NCBI GenBank assembly: GCA_013265495.1
Contig: MU058714.1
Coordinates: forward strand, 682,001 to 746,000
Direction: 5' to 3'
DNA: 64,000 bases
Source of the DNA: Vicugna vicugna
Lineage: Eukaryota
The notes below the pieces were generated by a model. The model saw nothing but the letters and a program-made list of their open reading frames with translations, was not told where the DNA came from and did no database searches. The position numbers and the translations under genes are program-made. Positions 59,801 to 64,000 of the stretch are shown one piece after another (within the stretch, counting starts at the first letter, position 1; every line of letters starts with the position of its first letter).

Positions 59801-62800
59801 CAAGCACTTTTGGGAAAGTCACCTTTCATACGTGAAAGAAGCTTTTCACAGTTTACGTGTAGTGCTGCCTTCTCCAAATACAGGCCAGAGACGGTTACTA
59901 GACTGGTGTGCATTCATTCACTCACAAGGTAGCCTTACAGTTCATCAGGTGGGCAGATGGCAGATCGCTGAAACTAACACAACACGGTACATCAACTGTA
60001 CTTCAATTTGTTAAAAAAGGGAAAGACTTCCTTAAAAAGTATGAGTCGAAATACTTGAAGATGAACTAATTTTTCTAGGTAAGCATCTACTGCTCTTTCT
60101 GAACGAACTTGAAGCAGTCTCTCTCCTAAGGAAAGAGTATTTCTCTTCCTCAAGGGCCGTACCCTAACTGGCCCTGCTTCCCGAAGATGGCACGTGACCT
60201 GGGGGCCAGCACGCTGTCCACTAGGAGGCAGATCTTTCTGGCTGGAGCAGCACATGGCACCAGCCCCCAGGAAATAGCCCGTTCGTTCCTAGTTCCCTGG
60301 GTCCTGAGTTCCTGAAGCACTTTATGACTTGGTAGAAACAAACGTGGTCTGGCCCAGACCGTGTTATCTCTTGGGAACCAGCTAGGCTTTTGTGACCGAA
60401 ATTTAACAGCTGTTCTGACTTTGTTCTGTTATTCTACTGGGGAAATGCCTAAAGGGTCCTGAAATGATGATAAAATCAGGCCATCTGCTCCCCTGGCAAT
60501 GAAACCGTGTCCACATCAGCACGGTTGGTGGGTTAGGGAAGCCATGGTCGACACCCTCACCCTGACCTCTCCTCGTCTCCCGCCCCCGCAGGACTGGCAG
60601 GGAGGCTAGTGGACATCTTTCAGCAGACCCCTCTGGGCCGGTTCCTGGCCCAGCTCACTGGAGACCAGCGGCAAGAGCTGCTCCAGTGCTACTTGCAGGA
60701 CTTCCTTCTCTTGGCCATGGGAGTGTCCACTTGGGAAGAGTTACAGGTAAGTGCTGGCTCGGGGGCAGGGGCGCAGCAGGAACAGGATGCCAGCCTGGGA
60801 GCCTTCCCTCGGCTCTTGGGGCTGAGCTGTGACGCTCGTGGGGCAGAACGTGGTCCAGCAGGACACAGGCGAGACGATGCGGCTCACACCCTCGGAACGC
60901 TTGGGGCCGCCCTCAGCCCACTGCCCGGCACCCCTGAAATGTGGGCCTTCATTAGCAGGAGAAAGACCTCCACGTTTCCTGTGACGCTTTCCATGTACTT
61001 ATTTAGCTTTTTCAGGAGGAGGTAATTAAGTTTACTCACCTGTGTGTGTATTTATTCACGTTTAACAGAGGCACCGGGGAGGAGGGGAGCCCAGCGCCTT
61101 GTGCATGCTGAGCGCGCGCTCTGCCTCTGAGCTCCACCCTCCTTCCTGGTACCCTTTTAAATGTTTAGTTTTTCTTGAAGAAAATTAGGTAACTATTTAA
61201 CTGACCACCACAGGGAGATAATAATTAATAATAACAAATTTCAGTGGAAAGATTGAAGATTTCAAACTTTAGTACGTAAAAAAGGAAACTGACACGTTTG
61301 AGGAGAGCACACTTACGACCCCTGCGACTAAGGGTTAGTATGGTGTTCTTAGGAATCAACATGGAAATCCCCTAATCTTTAAAAAGCGGGTGAAAGTTAT
61401 AAATTAACTGTTAACAGAATAATTACACAGATACCCAGGAAACATGGGGGGAAATGCTCCGGCTAACTCGTTAATCAGCAAGACACAAGCAGGTTTCAGG
61501 TACCTTTTGCTGGTCCCTGTGGCAAAGCTGGTCTCAGAAAGGCTGGAGGTTCCCCGCTGGCAACAGCGCTGTGGACAGCGTGGTGCTTGGACGTCTTTAT
61601 AGAACCTGAGCTGCTGATTCCGTCCTGGGAGCGTTATCGGAGCCGGGGACACGTTTTATTCACGGGAATGTCCTTTTTAGTTTTGTTTCTGAAAAGGGAA
61701 GATTAGAGACAAGTTAATTGTCCAGAAGTAGAGAGGTGGACAAATTAAAGTATGGCCGCTGATTGGTTCTTCTGCCGCCATTGAAAGTGACGTCCTCCAA
61801 GCACACTTGGTGACAGACAAATGCTCGTAAAGTGGGGAAAAATCAGCGATGCACTGTGACCCCAGTTTGGGGACACCAGGGAAGTGGGGGCCGGTCTAGA
61901 AACACCCGGAAGGGCCGACACCAGAAAGCGATGCGGGGTGCTCACAGTGCTCCTGGTTTGTCACTTTCCTTTTTGTCTGTTTGAGTAGTCCTGGTTTTCC
62001 ACAGGGAAGACACACCCTCTGTGTGTGCATGTGATTTGTGTACATGCAGTGAAAGCTTGTTTTCATCCCAGGTTCTGCAGATGGCTCTGTGGTCCTGCAT
62101 CTATCAGCTGCAAGCAGGAAGGCCAGAGGAAGAGGTCTCCTTGCCATCTGTGCACCTCGCCTACCAGCACTTCAGGGGCCGGCTCCAGAACTTCTCCAGG
62201 ATCCTGACTATCCATCCCCCGGTCTTACCCAGCCTAGCAGGAGCCACACAGAACCACAGCTGGGCTGCACGTGAGATGGTACGGTCCCTGCAGGCCAGCC
62301 TGGCTTCCTCATGCTCCCGTGGCCACCCTGGGAAGGGGGTGCTGGTGGGCCACGTTCCAAATGGGAGACATCTTCACGGGGCATTCATGTCAGTGTGGCT
62401 CAGAGGTTAGAAGGCATCGAACTCGAGCTGCCCAGATCCTAAGACAGAAGGAAGCTGCAAGCCTGGGACACAGGGACACACTGGGCCAACAGCCAGGGCG
62501 TCCGACTTAGTGTGCAGGGGACGGGCTGCTCGGTCACAGGCCTGTTGCCTGTCCCCCAGGGTCTTGACGTGTTGGCGGCAGTGGCCTGTGCTGAAATGCT
62601 GACCAAAGACCTGCTGAAGCCCAGTCCCCAGGCATGGCTGCAGAAGGTGAAGGACCTGTCCATGCCGCTGGAGCTGCTCTGCTCAGACGGGTACACCCAG
62701 GGCAGTGGGATGGTGAGCAGAGGCCTCATCCAGGAAGTCAGGTGAGACCCGGGAGCCGTGGGCACACGCGAGAGAAAGAGCAGATACTTCTGCCACGAGA

Positions 62801-63490
62801 AGGAGGACTTTCCTTGTTCACTGTTTAATGCCTGCTGAACCGTTATTAAGTGCCAGGCATCGTGTCGACCCTAGAGACGCAGGGAAGAACCTGCATTCAG
62901 GGAGCGATGGGCGTAGTAGATGTGAGCAGATTGTCATCATCCCGGGGGAGAGAGGCTGCACGGAAAGGGGCAGCTGCAGAGGCCCCCAGCAGGACAGCAG
63001 GGCAGGCCGGGTGGCGAAGGGGGGCAGACAGTCAGGGCCGACTTCCGGGCGTCACGTGCTGTGCTGGCCTTTAAGGGTGAGGTGGGACTCGCCGGACACA
63101 GGGGACTGAACCAGCACAGGTGGAGGCGCAGAGCGTGAGACTCCGAGGAGTGTCCAGGCTGAGTCCAGAGAGAAGGCTGGAGAGAGGCAGAACGGGGTGG
63201 GGGCCCGAGAGCACATCACAGAGGCCTTCGACCAGTCCTTTGCCCCACCTCCACCCCCGGTCCTTTTCTTACCTATCAGCTCCTACGCCTTGGAGCTGCC
63301 TCTCTGCCCACCTGTTTCTGTCTCAGGCCCTTTTGTCAGAGCTGAGCGAGGGACCCCCTCTCTTGACAGAACCCACTGGAGTCGCATTTTCTCTGTCGCA
63401 CTTTTTGTGGAGCACGTGCTTCTGGGGACTGAGAGCCAGGTTCCCGAGCTGTGCGAGCTGGTGACCGAGTACGTCTTCTTGCTGAACAAG
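2556..63490 (+). CDS. RNF213: RNF213 (mysterin) AAA+ ATPase / E3 ubiquitin ligase, partial multi-exon CDS (40 exons in window, 5' and 3' ends outside)
   Basis: Exon peptides match RNF213 ([82 protein letters not shown]). All 40 exons have AG/GT boundaries and phases chain without frameshift; total 11,625 nt. Confidence 0.98.
2890..3017 (-). mobile_element. tRNA-derived SINE (camelid-type)
   Basis: The reverse complement reads ggggtacagctcaagtggcagagcgcatgcttagcacgcacaaggtcctgggttcaacccc (A/B boxes) followed by an AT-rich tail. Confidence 0.85.
3790..4250 (+). mobile_element. Degenerate ancient L1 ORF2 3' fragment
   Basis: ggaaattgacaaaagatgatctc..., ccatttggaaaaag..., aaaatagatgccagatggg motifs. 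Confidence 0.45.
5150..5530. mobile_element. MaLR (MLT1-like) LTR fragment
   Basis: tttcggttgcaaaaagttgaaaccc...ctcacataactaagaaatcc...ctctgattgggccact pattern typical of old MLT1. Confidence 0.4.
7580..8000. mobile_element. Old ERVL LTR (LTR40-like)
   Basis: ggactggctagtttgagtaat..., tttgcatatgaaagg, aaagcatcttaaaatacagaaaat motifs; family recalled from memory. Confidence 0.4.
9488..9985 (+). CDS. RNF213: RNF213 exon, disordered N-terminus ([13 protein letters not shown]...RTSASSG)
   Basis: tttag|AGC ... GGG|gtgagt, 498 nt; basic stretch and P/S/G-rich tract like the human N-terminus. Confidence 0.9.
10263..10385 (+). CDS. RNF213: RNF213 exon ([10 protein letters not shown]...RGHRQ)
   Basis: ttccag|GCA ... 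CAG|gtaaag, 123 nt, phase 0-0. Confidence 0.9.
10935..11101 (+). CDS. RNF213: RNF213 exon (EAKTKDQ...AHRAEE)
   Basis: ttccag|GAA ... AG|gtgggt, 167 nt, phase 0-2; PQDPKKPEG matches human PEDLKKPEG. Confidence 0.88.
11089..11210 (+). repeat. Tandem duplication (~59-63 bp x2) spanning an exon/intron boundary
   Basis: gagctgaggagaggtgggtgcgagcc...gccccgccccaggggagggtcccag starts at 11089 and 11148. Confidence 0.95.
11666..11824 (+). CDS. RNF213: RNF213 exon, CBM20-like domain start ([16 protein letters not shown]...CEMYYT)
   Basis: tccag|C ... AA|gtgagt, 159 nt, phase 2-2; translated by hand. Confidence 0.92.
12161..12363 (+). CDS. RNF213: RNF213 exon, CBM20-like domain ([11 protein letters not shown]...IPYKYV...[14 protein letters not shown])
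   Basis: cgcag|G ... G|gtaagt, 203 nt, phase 2-1. Confidence 0.94.
12896..13180 (+). repeat. Degenerate (GT)n low-complexity block, ~285 bp
   Basis: Interrupted gtgtgt runs. Confidence 0.95.
13530..14330 (-). mobile_element. L1 fragment (ORF2 C-terminus plus 3' UTR)
   Basis: Minus-strand ORF 14007..14231 [34 protein letters not shown] is typical L1 ORF2 C-terminal sequence. Confidence 0.92.
16585..16868 (+). CDS. RNF213: RNF213 exon (WHQYDDII...LQYKEEE)
   Basis: cttag|AT ... GAG|gtaccg, 284 nt, phase 1-0. Confidence 0.93.
17547..17803 (+). CDS. RNF213: RNF213 exon (VKRHLWECL...VLETPQ)
   Basis: gtcag|GTG ... AG|gtagtg, 257 nt, phase 0-2. Confidence 0.92.
17807..17845 (+). repeat. (GT)16 microsatellite abutting a splice donor
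   Basis: Perfect GT run 17807-17838, starting at intron position +4. Confidence 0.95.
18852..19043 (+). repeat. Minisatellite, 4 x 47-49 bp, each unit containing a splice acceptor
   Basis: Unit ccctgg(t/c)tcac-gg-ggg-tc-ctgtcccc-ttcctagctggcgagt-tc; AG ends at 18888, 18935, 18983, 19031. Confidence 0.96.
19032..19229 (+). CDS. RNF213: RNF213 exon ([10 protein letters not shown]...YREESSS); alternative upstream acceptors in a minisatellite
   Basis: cctag|C ... CG|gtaagt, 198 nt, phase 2-2; the 5' boundary is ambiguous because the acceptor is repeated four times. Confidence 0.88.
19535..19870 (-). mobile_element. L1 3' end fragment
   Basis: taagtttaaggtgtacagagtcatgatttgac...gatgagaattcttagcatctactct L1 3' UTR motif. 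Confidence 0.75.
20855..21610 (+). mobile_element. L1 3' fragment (ORF2 end plus 3' UTR)
   Basis: Peptide [36 protein letters not shown]; gatggaccttgagggcatt motif. Confidence 0.85.
21640..21960 (-). mobile_element. L1MB-like 3' end fragment
   Basis: aatttaccattttgatcattttaagtgtac...aaactgaaactgtccccattaaacaa. Confidence 0.7.
22136..22358 (+). CDS. RNF213: RNF213 exon (KQLLQLMEE...[10 protein letters not shown]...YNRNSK)
   Basis: tgcag|G ... AAG|gtgtgt, 223 nt, phase 2-0. Confidence 0.92.
22796..22851 (+). CDS. RNF213: RNF213 small exon ([18 protein letters not shown])
   Basis: Pyrimidine tract, cctag|AAT ... AA|gtaagt, 56 nt, phase 0-2; needed to bridge the flanking phases. Confidence 0.88.
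23951..24104 (+). CDS. RNF213: RNF213 exon ([19 protein letters not shown]...KPLV)
   Basis: ggcag|G ... GTG|gtaagt, 154 nt, phase 2-0. Confidence 0.92.
25477..25992 (-). mobile_element. Solo ERV1 LTR, MER41-like artiodactyl family
   Basis: TG...CA termini, 516 bp; tttatt (minus-strand polyA signal) at 25561; ends tgttaacaagtccaaactc and ggagtcagatgagttctttcctaca resemble artiodactyl MER41-type LTRs from memory; no clean TSD. Confidence 0.65.
26455..26622 (+). CDS. RNF213: RNF213 exon ([11 protein letters not shown]...TYAEEIK)
   Basis: gacag|GAT ... AAG|gtaagc, 168 nt, phase 0-0. Confidence 0.9.
27645..27772 (-). mobile_element. tRNA-derived SINE (camelid-type)
   Basis: ttgaacccaggacctcgcgcatgctaagcacacgctctaccactgagctacaccctcccc plus T-rich tail. 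Confidence 0.9.
27880..28230 (-). mobile_element. hAT-Charlie1 DNA transposon fragment
   Basis: Minus-strand peptide [12 protein letters not shown]...[20 protein letters not shown] resembles the Charlie transposase C-terminus. Confidence 0.7.
28250..28375 (+). mobile_element. tRNA-derived SINE with internal deletion
   Basis: gggaggagggtacagctcgtggttcaatccccagcacctcc plus aaataaataagtaagcctaactgcctcccccc tail. Confidence 0.75.
28376..29260 (+). mobile_element. Old L1MC-like 3' region (approximate)
   Basis: taatctgaatctcatcctggg...gatagtctacagaa... motifs, heavily diverged. Confidence 0.4.
29520..29609 (+). CDS. RNF213: RNF213 exon ([30 protein letters not shown])
   Basis: tgcag|GTC ... CAG|gtacca, 90 nt. 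Confidence 0.93.
30089..30211 (+). CDS. RNF213: RNF213 exon (EKPLSQI...EAVSSVCQ)
   Basis: cgcag|GAG ... CAG|gtgaat, 123 nt. Confidence 0.93.
30778..30935 (-). mobile_element. tRNA-derived SINE (camelid-type)
   Basis: ggaggcactggggattgaacccaggaccttgtgtgtgctaagcacgtgc; degenerate TSD tctgaatgccttt / tccgagtgcccttt. Confidence 0.85.
31000..31340 (-). mobile_element. Old L1 ORF2 fragment
   Basis: gttccttacattcctggtttgttgagtgtttt...ttgtcaagcactttttctgcatc. Confidence 0.7.
31891..32095 (+). mobile_element. Lineage L1 3' end with A-rich tail
   Basis: aataaacagcaag...cagcacagggagccacattcagtatcttg...gctgtgcaccagaaactgacacaacactgtcaactgactgtacttcaataaaaa. Confidence 0.8.
32136..32316 (+). CDS. RNF213: RNF213 exon (SQTSILEK...KHLFRLY)
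   Basis: tgtag|TCT ... G|gtatgt, 181 nt, phase 0-1. Confidence 0.92.
33050..33510 (-). mobile_element. Old L1 (MC/MD-like) 3' fragment
   Basis: gattggctcctttcacttag...attcacctgctgagggacatcttgg...attatgaataaagttgct. Confidence 0.65.
34133..34306 (+). CDS. RNF213: RNF213 exon (TNEKIIAN...FLDIWQL)
   Basis: atcag|GA ... A|gtaagt, 174 nt, phase 1-1. Confidence 0.93.
34700..34846 (+). CDS. RNF213: RNF213 exon (SKCLSDQ...VKDLIR)
   Basis: Long T tract, ttcag|GC ... G|gtgatc, 147 nt, phase 1-1. Confidence 0.9.
35290..35930 (-). mobile_element. Old L1 ORF1-region fragment
   Basis: Minus-strand peptide [31 protein letters not shown]...DVSAETLQ resembles L1 ORF1p. Confidence 0.55.
35980..36210 (-). 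mobile_element. Lineage L1 3' end
   Basis: ttacaagatattgaatatagttccctgtgctat...catctcaaactcccaaatttatccctcccaccc. Confidence 0.8.
37312..37431 (+). mobile_element. tRNA-derived SINE (camelid-type)
   Basis: gggaagggtagagctcaggggcagagcgcgtgcttagtgtgcccgaggccctgggttcaagccc plus aaataaataaaccaacaaacctaattacctcccccc. Confidence 0.88.
37755..38344 (+). CDS. RNF213: RNF213 exon ([13 protein letters not shown]...HTLLHF)
   Basis: caaaag|TG ... TTT|gtgagt, 590 nt, phase 1-0. Confidence 0.93.
39291..39453 (+). CDS. RNF213: RNF213 exon ([11 protein letters not shown]...WVREALE)
   Basis: ctcag|ACT ... G|gtacag, 163 nt, phase 0-1. Confidence 0.92.
39600..39790 (-). mobile_element. L1 3' end fragment
   Basis: attgaaatatatttg...gtttgatacatttatatactgc...attaagacctagtctcgcagca. 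Confidence 0.55.
40270..40515 (+). mobile_element. Lineage L1 3' end
   Basis: gggagtttgagattaacaaatg...tacagcacagggaactatgttcaatatcttgtaa... Confidence 0.82.
40778..40995 (+). CDS. RNF213: RNF213 exon ([19 protein letters not shown]...LPKKL)
   Basis: cccag|GC ... CTG|gtgagt, 218 nt, phase 1-0. Confidence 0.95.
41240..41455 (+). mobile_element. L1 3' end
   Basis: agatacacactactgtgtat...ctgagtcactttgctgtacacctg...acattgta. Confidence 0.72.
41662..41749 (+). repeat. 44-bp G-rich tandem duplication (G-quadruplex-prone)
   Basis: acggctggagccca(a/g)gagggggagggtgggggggagggagggaa starts at 41662 and 41706. Confidence 0.92.
42215..42355 (+). CDS. RNF213: RNF213 exon ([10 protein letters not shown]...PDGQK)
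   Basis: cacag|CGC ... AAG|gtgagc, 141 nt. Confidence 0.95.
42464..42631 (+). CDS. RNF213: RNF213 exon (ISPDTVLHL...[11 protein letters not shown]...FSE)
   Basis: catag|ATT ... GAG|gtgaga, 168 nt. Confidence 0.94.
43242..44394 (+). CDS. RNF213: RNF213 large exon (VFCNVQRL...ASERAGV), stalk end and start of AAA ring
   Basis: aacag|GTG ... G|gtaatg, 1,153 nt, phase 0-1; lies within ORF 43083..44549. Confidence 0.96.
45083..45276 (+). CDS. RNF213: RNF213 exon (KSLFVRRL...FHLDVSSS)
   Basis: tacag|GA ... TCA|gtaagt, 194 nt; completes the P-loop-like RAGVGKS split by the intron. Confidence 0.94.
45460..45615 (+). CDS. RNF213: RNF213 exon ([13 protein letters not shown]...RPSKL)
   Basis: ttcag|GTG ... 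CTG|gtgcgt, 156 nt. Confidence 0.93.
46024..49629 (+). CDS. RNF213: RNF213 giant exon (1,202 codons) with both catalytic AAA+ modules
   Basis: tccag|AAC ... GAG|gtgact, 3,606 nt. Walker A GETGCGKT 46939-46962, Walker B LFFDE 47131-47145, Walker A GKPGSSKS 47986-48009, Walker B VVLDE ending 48216. Confidence 0.98.
50090..50890 (-). mobile_element. Ancient L2 fragment (approximate)
   Basis: gaccagttgggaggctgctgtacc..., agttggatgtgggaataggaagc...gctggagac typical of antisense L2. Confidence 0.4.
51114..51250 (+). CDS. RNF213: RNF213 exon (VTTFSRLLT...[13 protein letters not shown])
   Basis: tgcag|GTC ... CG|gtgagg, 137 nt, phase 0-2. Confidence 0.95.
51630..51725 (+). CDS. RNF213: RNF213 exon ([31 protein letters not shown])
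   Basis: ttcag|C ... AA|gtacgt, 96 nt, phase 2-2. Confidence 0.93.
52581..52699 (+). CDS. RNF213: RNF213 exon (YSAINEINK...[20 protein letters not shown])
   Basis: aatag|G ... G|gtagga, 119 nt, phase 2-1. Confidence 0.93.
53090..53662 (+). mobile_element. Internally deleted Tigger1-like DNA transposon
   Basis: 5' part ttccaacagcatttgct...gtgtctctgtgtcacattctggtaattct and 3' part gcactgggaaaccaaaaa...; interrupted by a SINE. Confidence 0.78.
53297..53428 (-). mobile_element. tRNA-derived SINE nested in Tigger1
   Basis: ggaggtgctggggattggg...gctaagcatgtgctccaccactgagctctaccc; TSD tgatcagt at 53287 and 53429. Confidence 0.85.
54047..54166 (+). CDS. RNF213: RNF213 exon ([13 protein letters not shown]...PEAQAE)
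   Basis: cacag|GG ... T|gttagt, 120 nt, phase 1-1; donor chosen by phase fit with the next exon. Confidence 0.87.
54683..54816 (+). CDS. RNF213: RNF213 exon, acidic linker ([17 protein letters not shown]...GGCD)
   Basis: tgcag|TG ... GAT|gtgagt, 134 nt, phase 1-0. Confidence 0.88.
55228..55375 (+). CDS. RNF213: RNF213 exon ([21 protein letters not shown]...NEDDEYR)
   Basis: gacag|ACG (or gcag|ATC at 55234) ... G|gtaggg, 148 nt, phase 0-1. Confidence 0.9.
55616..55757 (+). CDS. RNF213: RNF213 exon (TFLRVTKMR...[10 protein letters not shown])
   Basis: cgcag|CC ... AG|gtaccg, 142 nt, phase 1-2. Confidence 0.93.
56685..56813 (-). mobile_element. tRNA-derived SINE (camelid-type)
   Basis: ggggatcgaacccaggacctcacacatgctaagcacactctgtcactgagctacgccctcc. 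Confidence 0.86.
57102..57569. mobile_element. Tigger3-like DNA transposon
   Basis: cagtcagccctctgtacccacggg start, gtgatctagagatgattcaaagtgtacgggag core, and ccgagggcggctg end forming imperfect TIRs. Confidence 0.72.
57320..57442 (+). mobile_element. 5'-truncated tRNA-derived SINE nested in Tigger3
   Basis: agagtgtgtgcttagcaggcacgaggtcctgggttcaatccccagtacctcca plus A-rich tail. Confidence 0.82.
58372..58563 (+). CDS. RNF213: RNF213 exon ([11 protein letters not shown]...NIPLVTTKT)
   Basis: tgcag|G ... AG|gtgaat, 192 nt, phase 2-2. Confidence 0.93.
59399..59544 (+). CDS. RNF213: RNF213 exon ([12 protein letters not shown]...[15 protein letters not shown]...)
   Basis: gacag|A ... G|gtgagc, 146 nt, phase 2-1. 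Confidence 0.92.
60592..60746 (+). CDS. RNF213: RNF213 exon ([18 protein letters not shown]...WEELQ)
   Basis: cgcag|GA ... CAG|gtaagt, 155 nt, phase 1-0. Confidence 0.94.
61000..61145 (-). mobile_element. tRNA-derived SINE (diverged)
   Basis: ggaggaggtaattaagttt...ccttgtgcatgctgagcgcgcgctctgcctctgagctccaccctcc. Confidence 0.78.
62072..62278 (+). CDS. RNF213: RNF213 exon (VLQMALWSC...RLQNFSRIL...AAREM)
   Basis: cccag|GTT ... ATG|gtacgg, 207 nt. Confidence 0.93.
62560..62741 (+). CDS. RNF213: RNF213 exon ([10 protein letters not shown]...[10 protein letters not shown]...IQEV)
   Basis: cccag|GGT ... AG|gtgaga, 182 nt, phase 0-2. Confidence 0.93.
63370..63490 (+). CDS. RNF213: RNF213 exon ([19 protein letters not shown]...FLLNK), last exon in window, shortly before the RING region
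   Basis: gacag|A ... AAG|gtgagt, 121 nt, phase 2-0. Confidence 0.94.
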
Positions 63491-64000
63491 GTGAGTCTGC
63501 AGGCTTGGCCCGGCAGGTGCGGATCTGCCTCTTTGCGAGTCGGGGGACGGCTGAAGCGTGGCCTGACTTTAATCTGCGGGGTGGTACAATCCCTTTCTGC
63601 TCTGACGGTTTTCTCTGGAAGTGCAAAGGAAAGTGATTTCATCACACAGGCTGTTCAGGTTTCAGTGCTTAATGTTTTAATTTTTACCCTCTCTGAGTGC
63701 TAAGTCAGGGCATATCATTTAAGGTTCCTTGCAGGATAGGAACTATTCATGCAGAAAGCACACTTGGGAAACCTTCGGGAGGACCGAAAGGTGGGCTCCA
63801 GCCTGGTCTCCAGTGCCCCAGACCCGCTCAGCAGCCTGGCTGCCCAGGGGAGCTGTCTGCCACGGTCAGGAAGACAGGGTGCAGAAGGCCACTGGGCTTG
63901 CAGACTTCACACAGTGCTGTCTGTGGGGCCCGGGGGCAGGAAGCCCATGCCTCTGCCCCCGCGACACCTTTATAAAGTGGTGATGCCCAGGACAGTGTCC

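Overview
Mammalian genomic DNA, GC-rich. It is probably an artiodactyl, and the tRNA-derived SINE family and young L1 3' ends look camelid-like (inference). The whole window lies inside one + strand gene, RNF213 (mysterin), a giant AAA+ ATPase/E3 ubiquitin ligase. I could chain 40 GT-AG exons from 2556 to 63490 with consistent phases and no stops: 11,625 coding nt, 3,875 codons. They cover the disordered N-terminus, the CBM20-like domain, the stalk, the AAA ring (including a 3,606-nt exon) and the start of the E3 module. The start codon lies upstream and the RING/RZ exons lie downstream of the window. Introns hold SINEs, L1 fragments, LTRs, Tigger and Charlie DNA transposons and microsatellites. 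I found no new gene system. The most unusual features are splice-site duplications: a 4-copy ~48-bp minisatellite that multiplies a splice acceptor (two in-frame alternatives, one frameshifting), and a 59-bp duplication that doubles a splice donor. Also notable are a conserved optional cassette exon, a possible intronic-polyadenylation short isoform and a MER41-like LTR. Comparisons with human RNF213 and repeat family names are from memory and need alignment or RepeatMasker checks.
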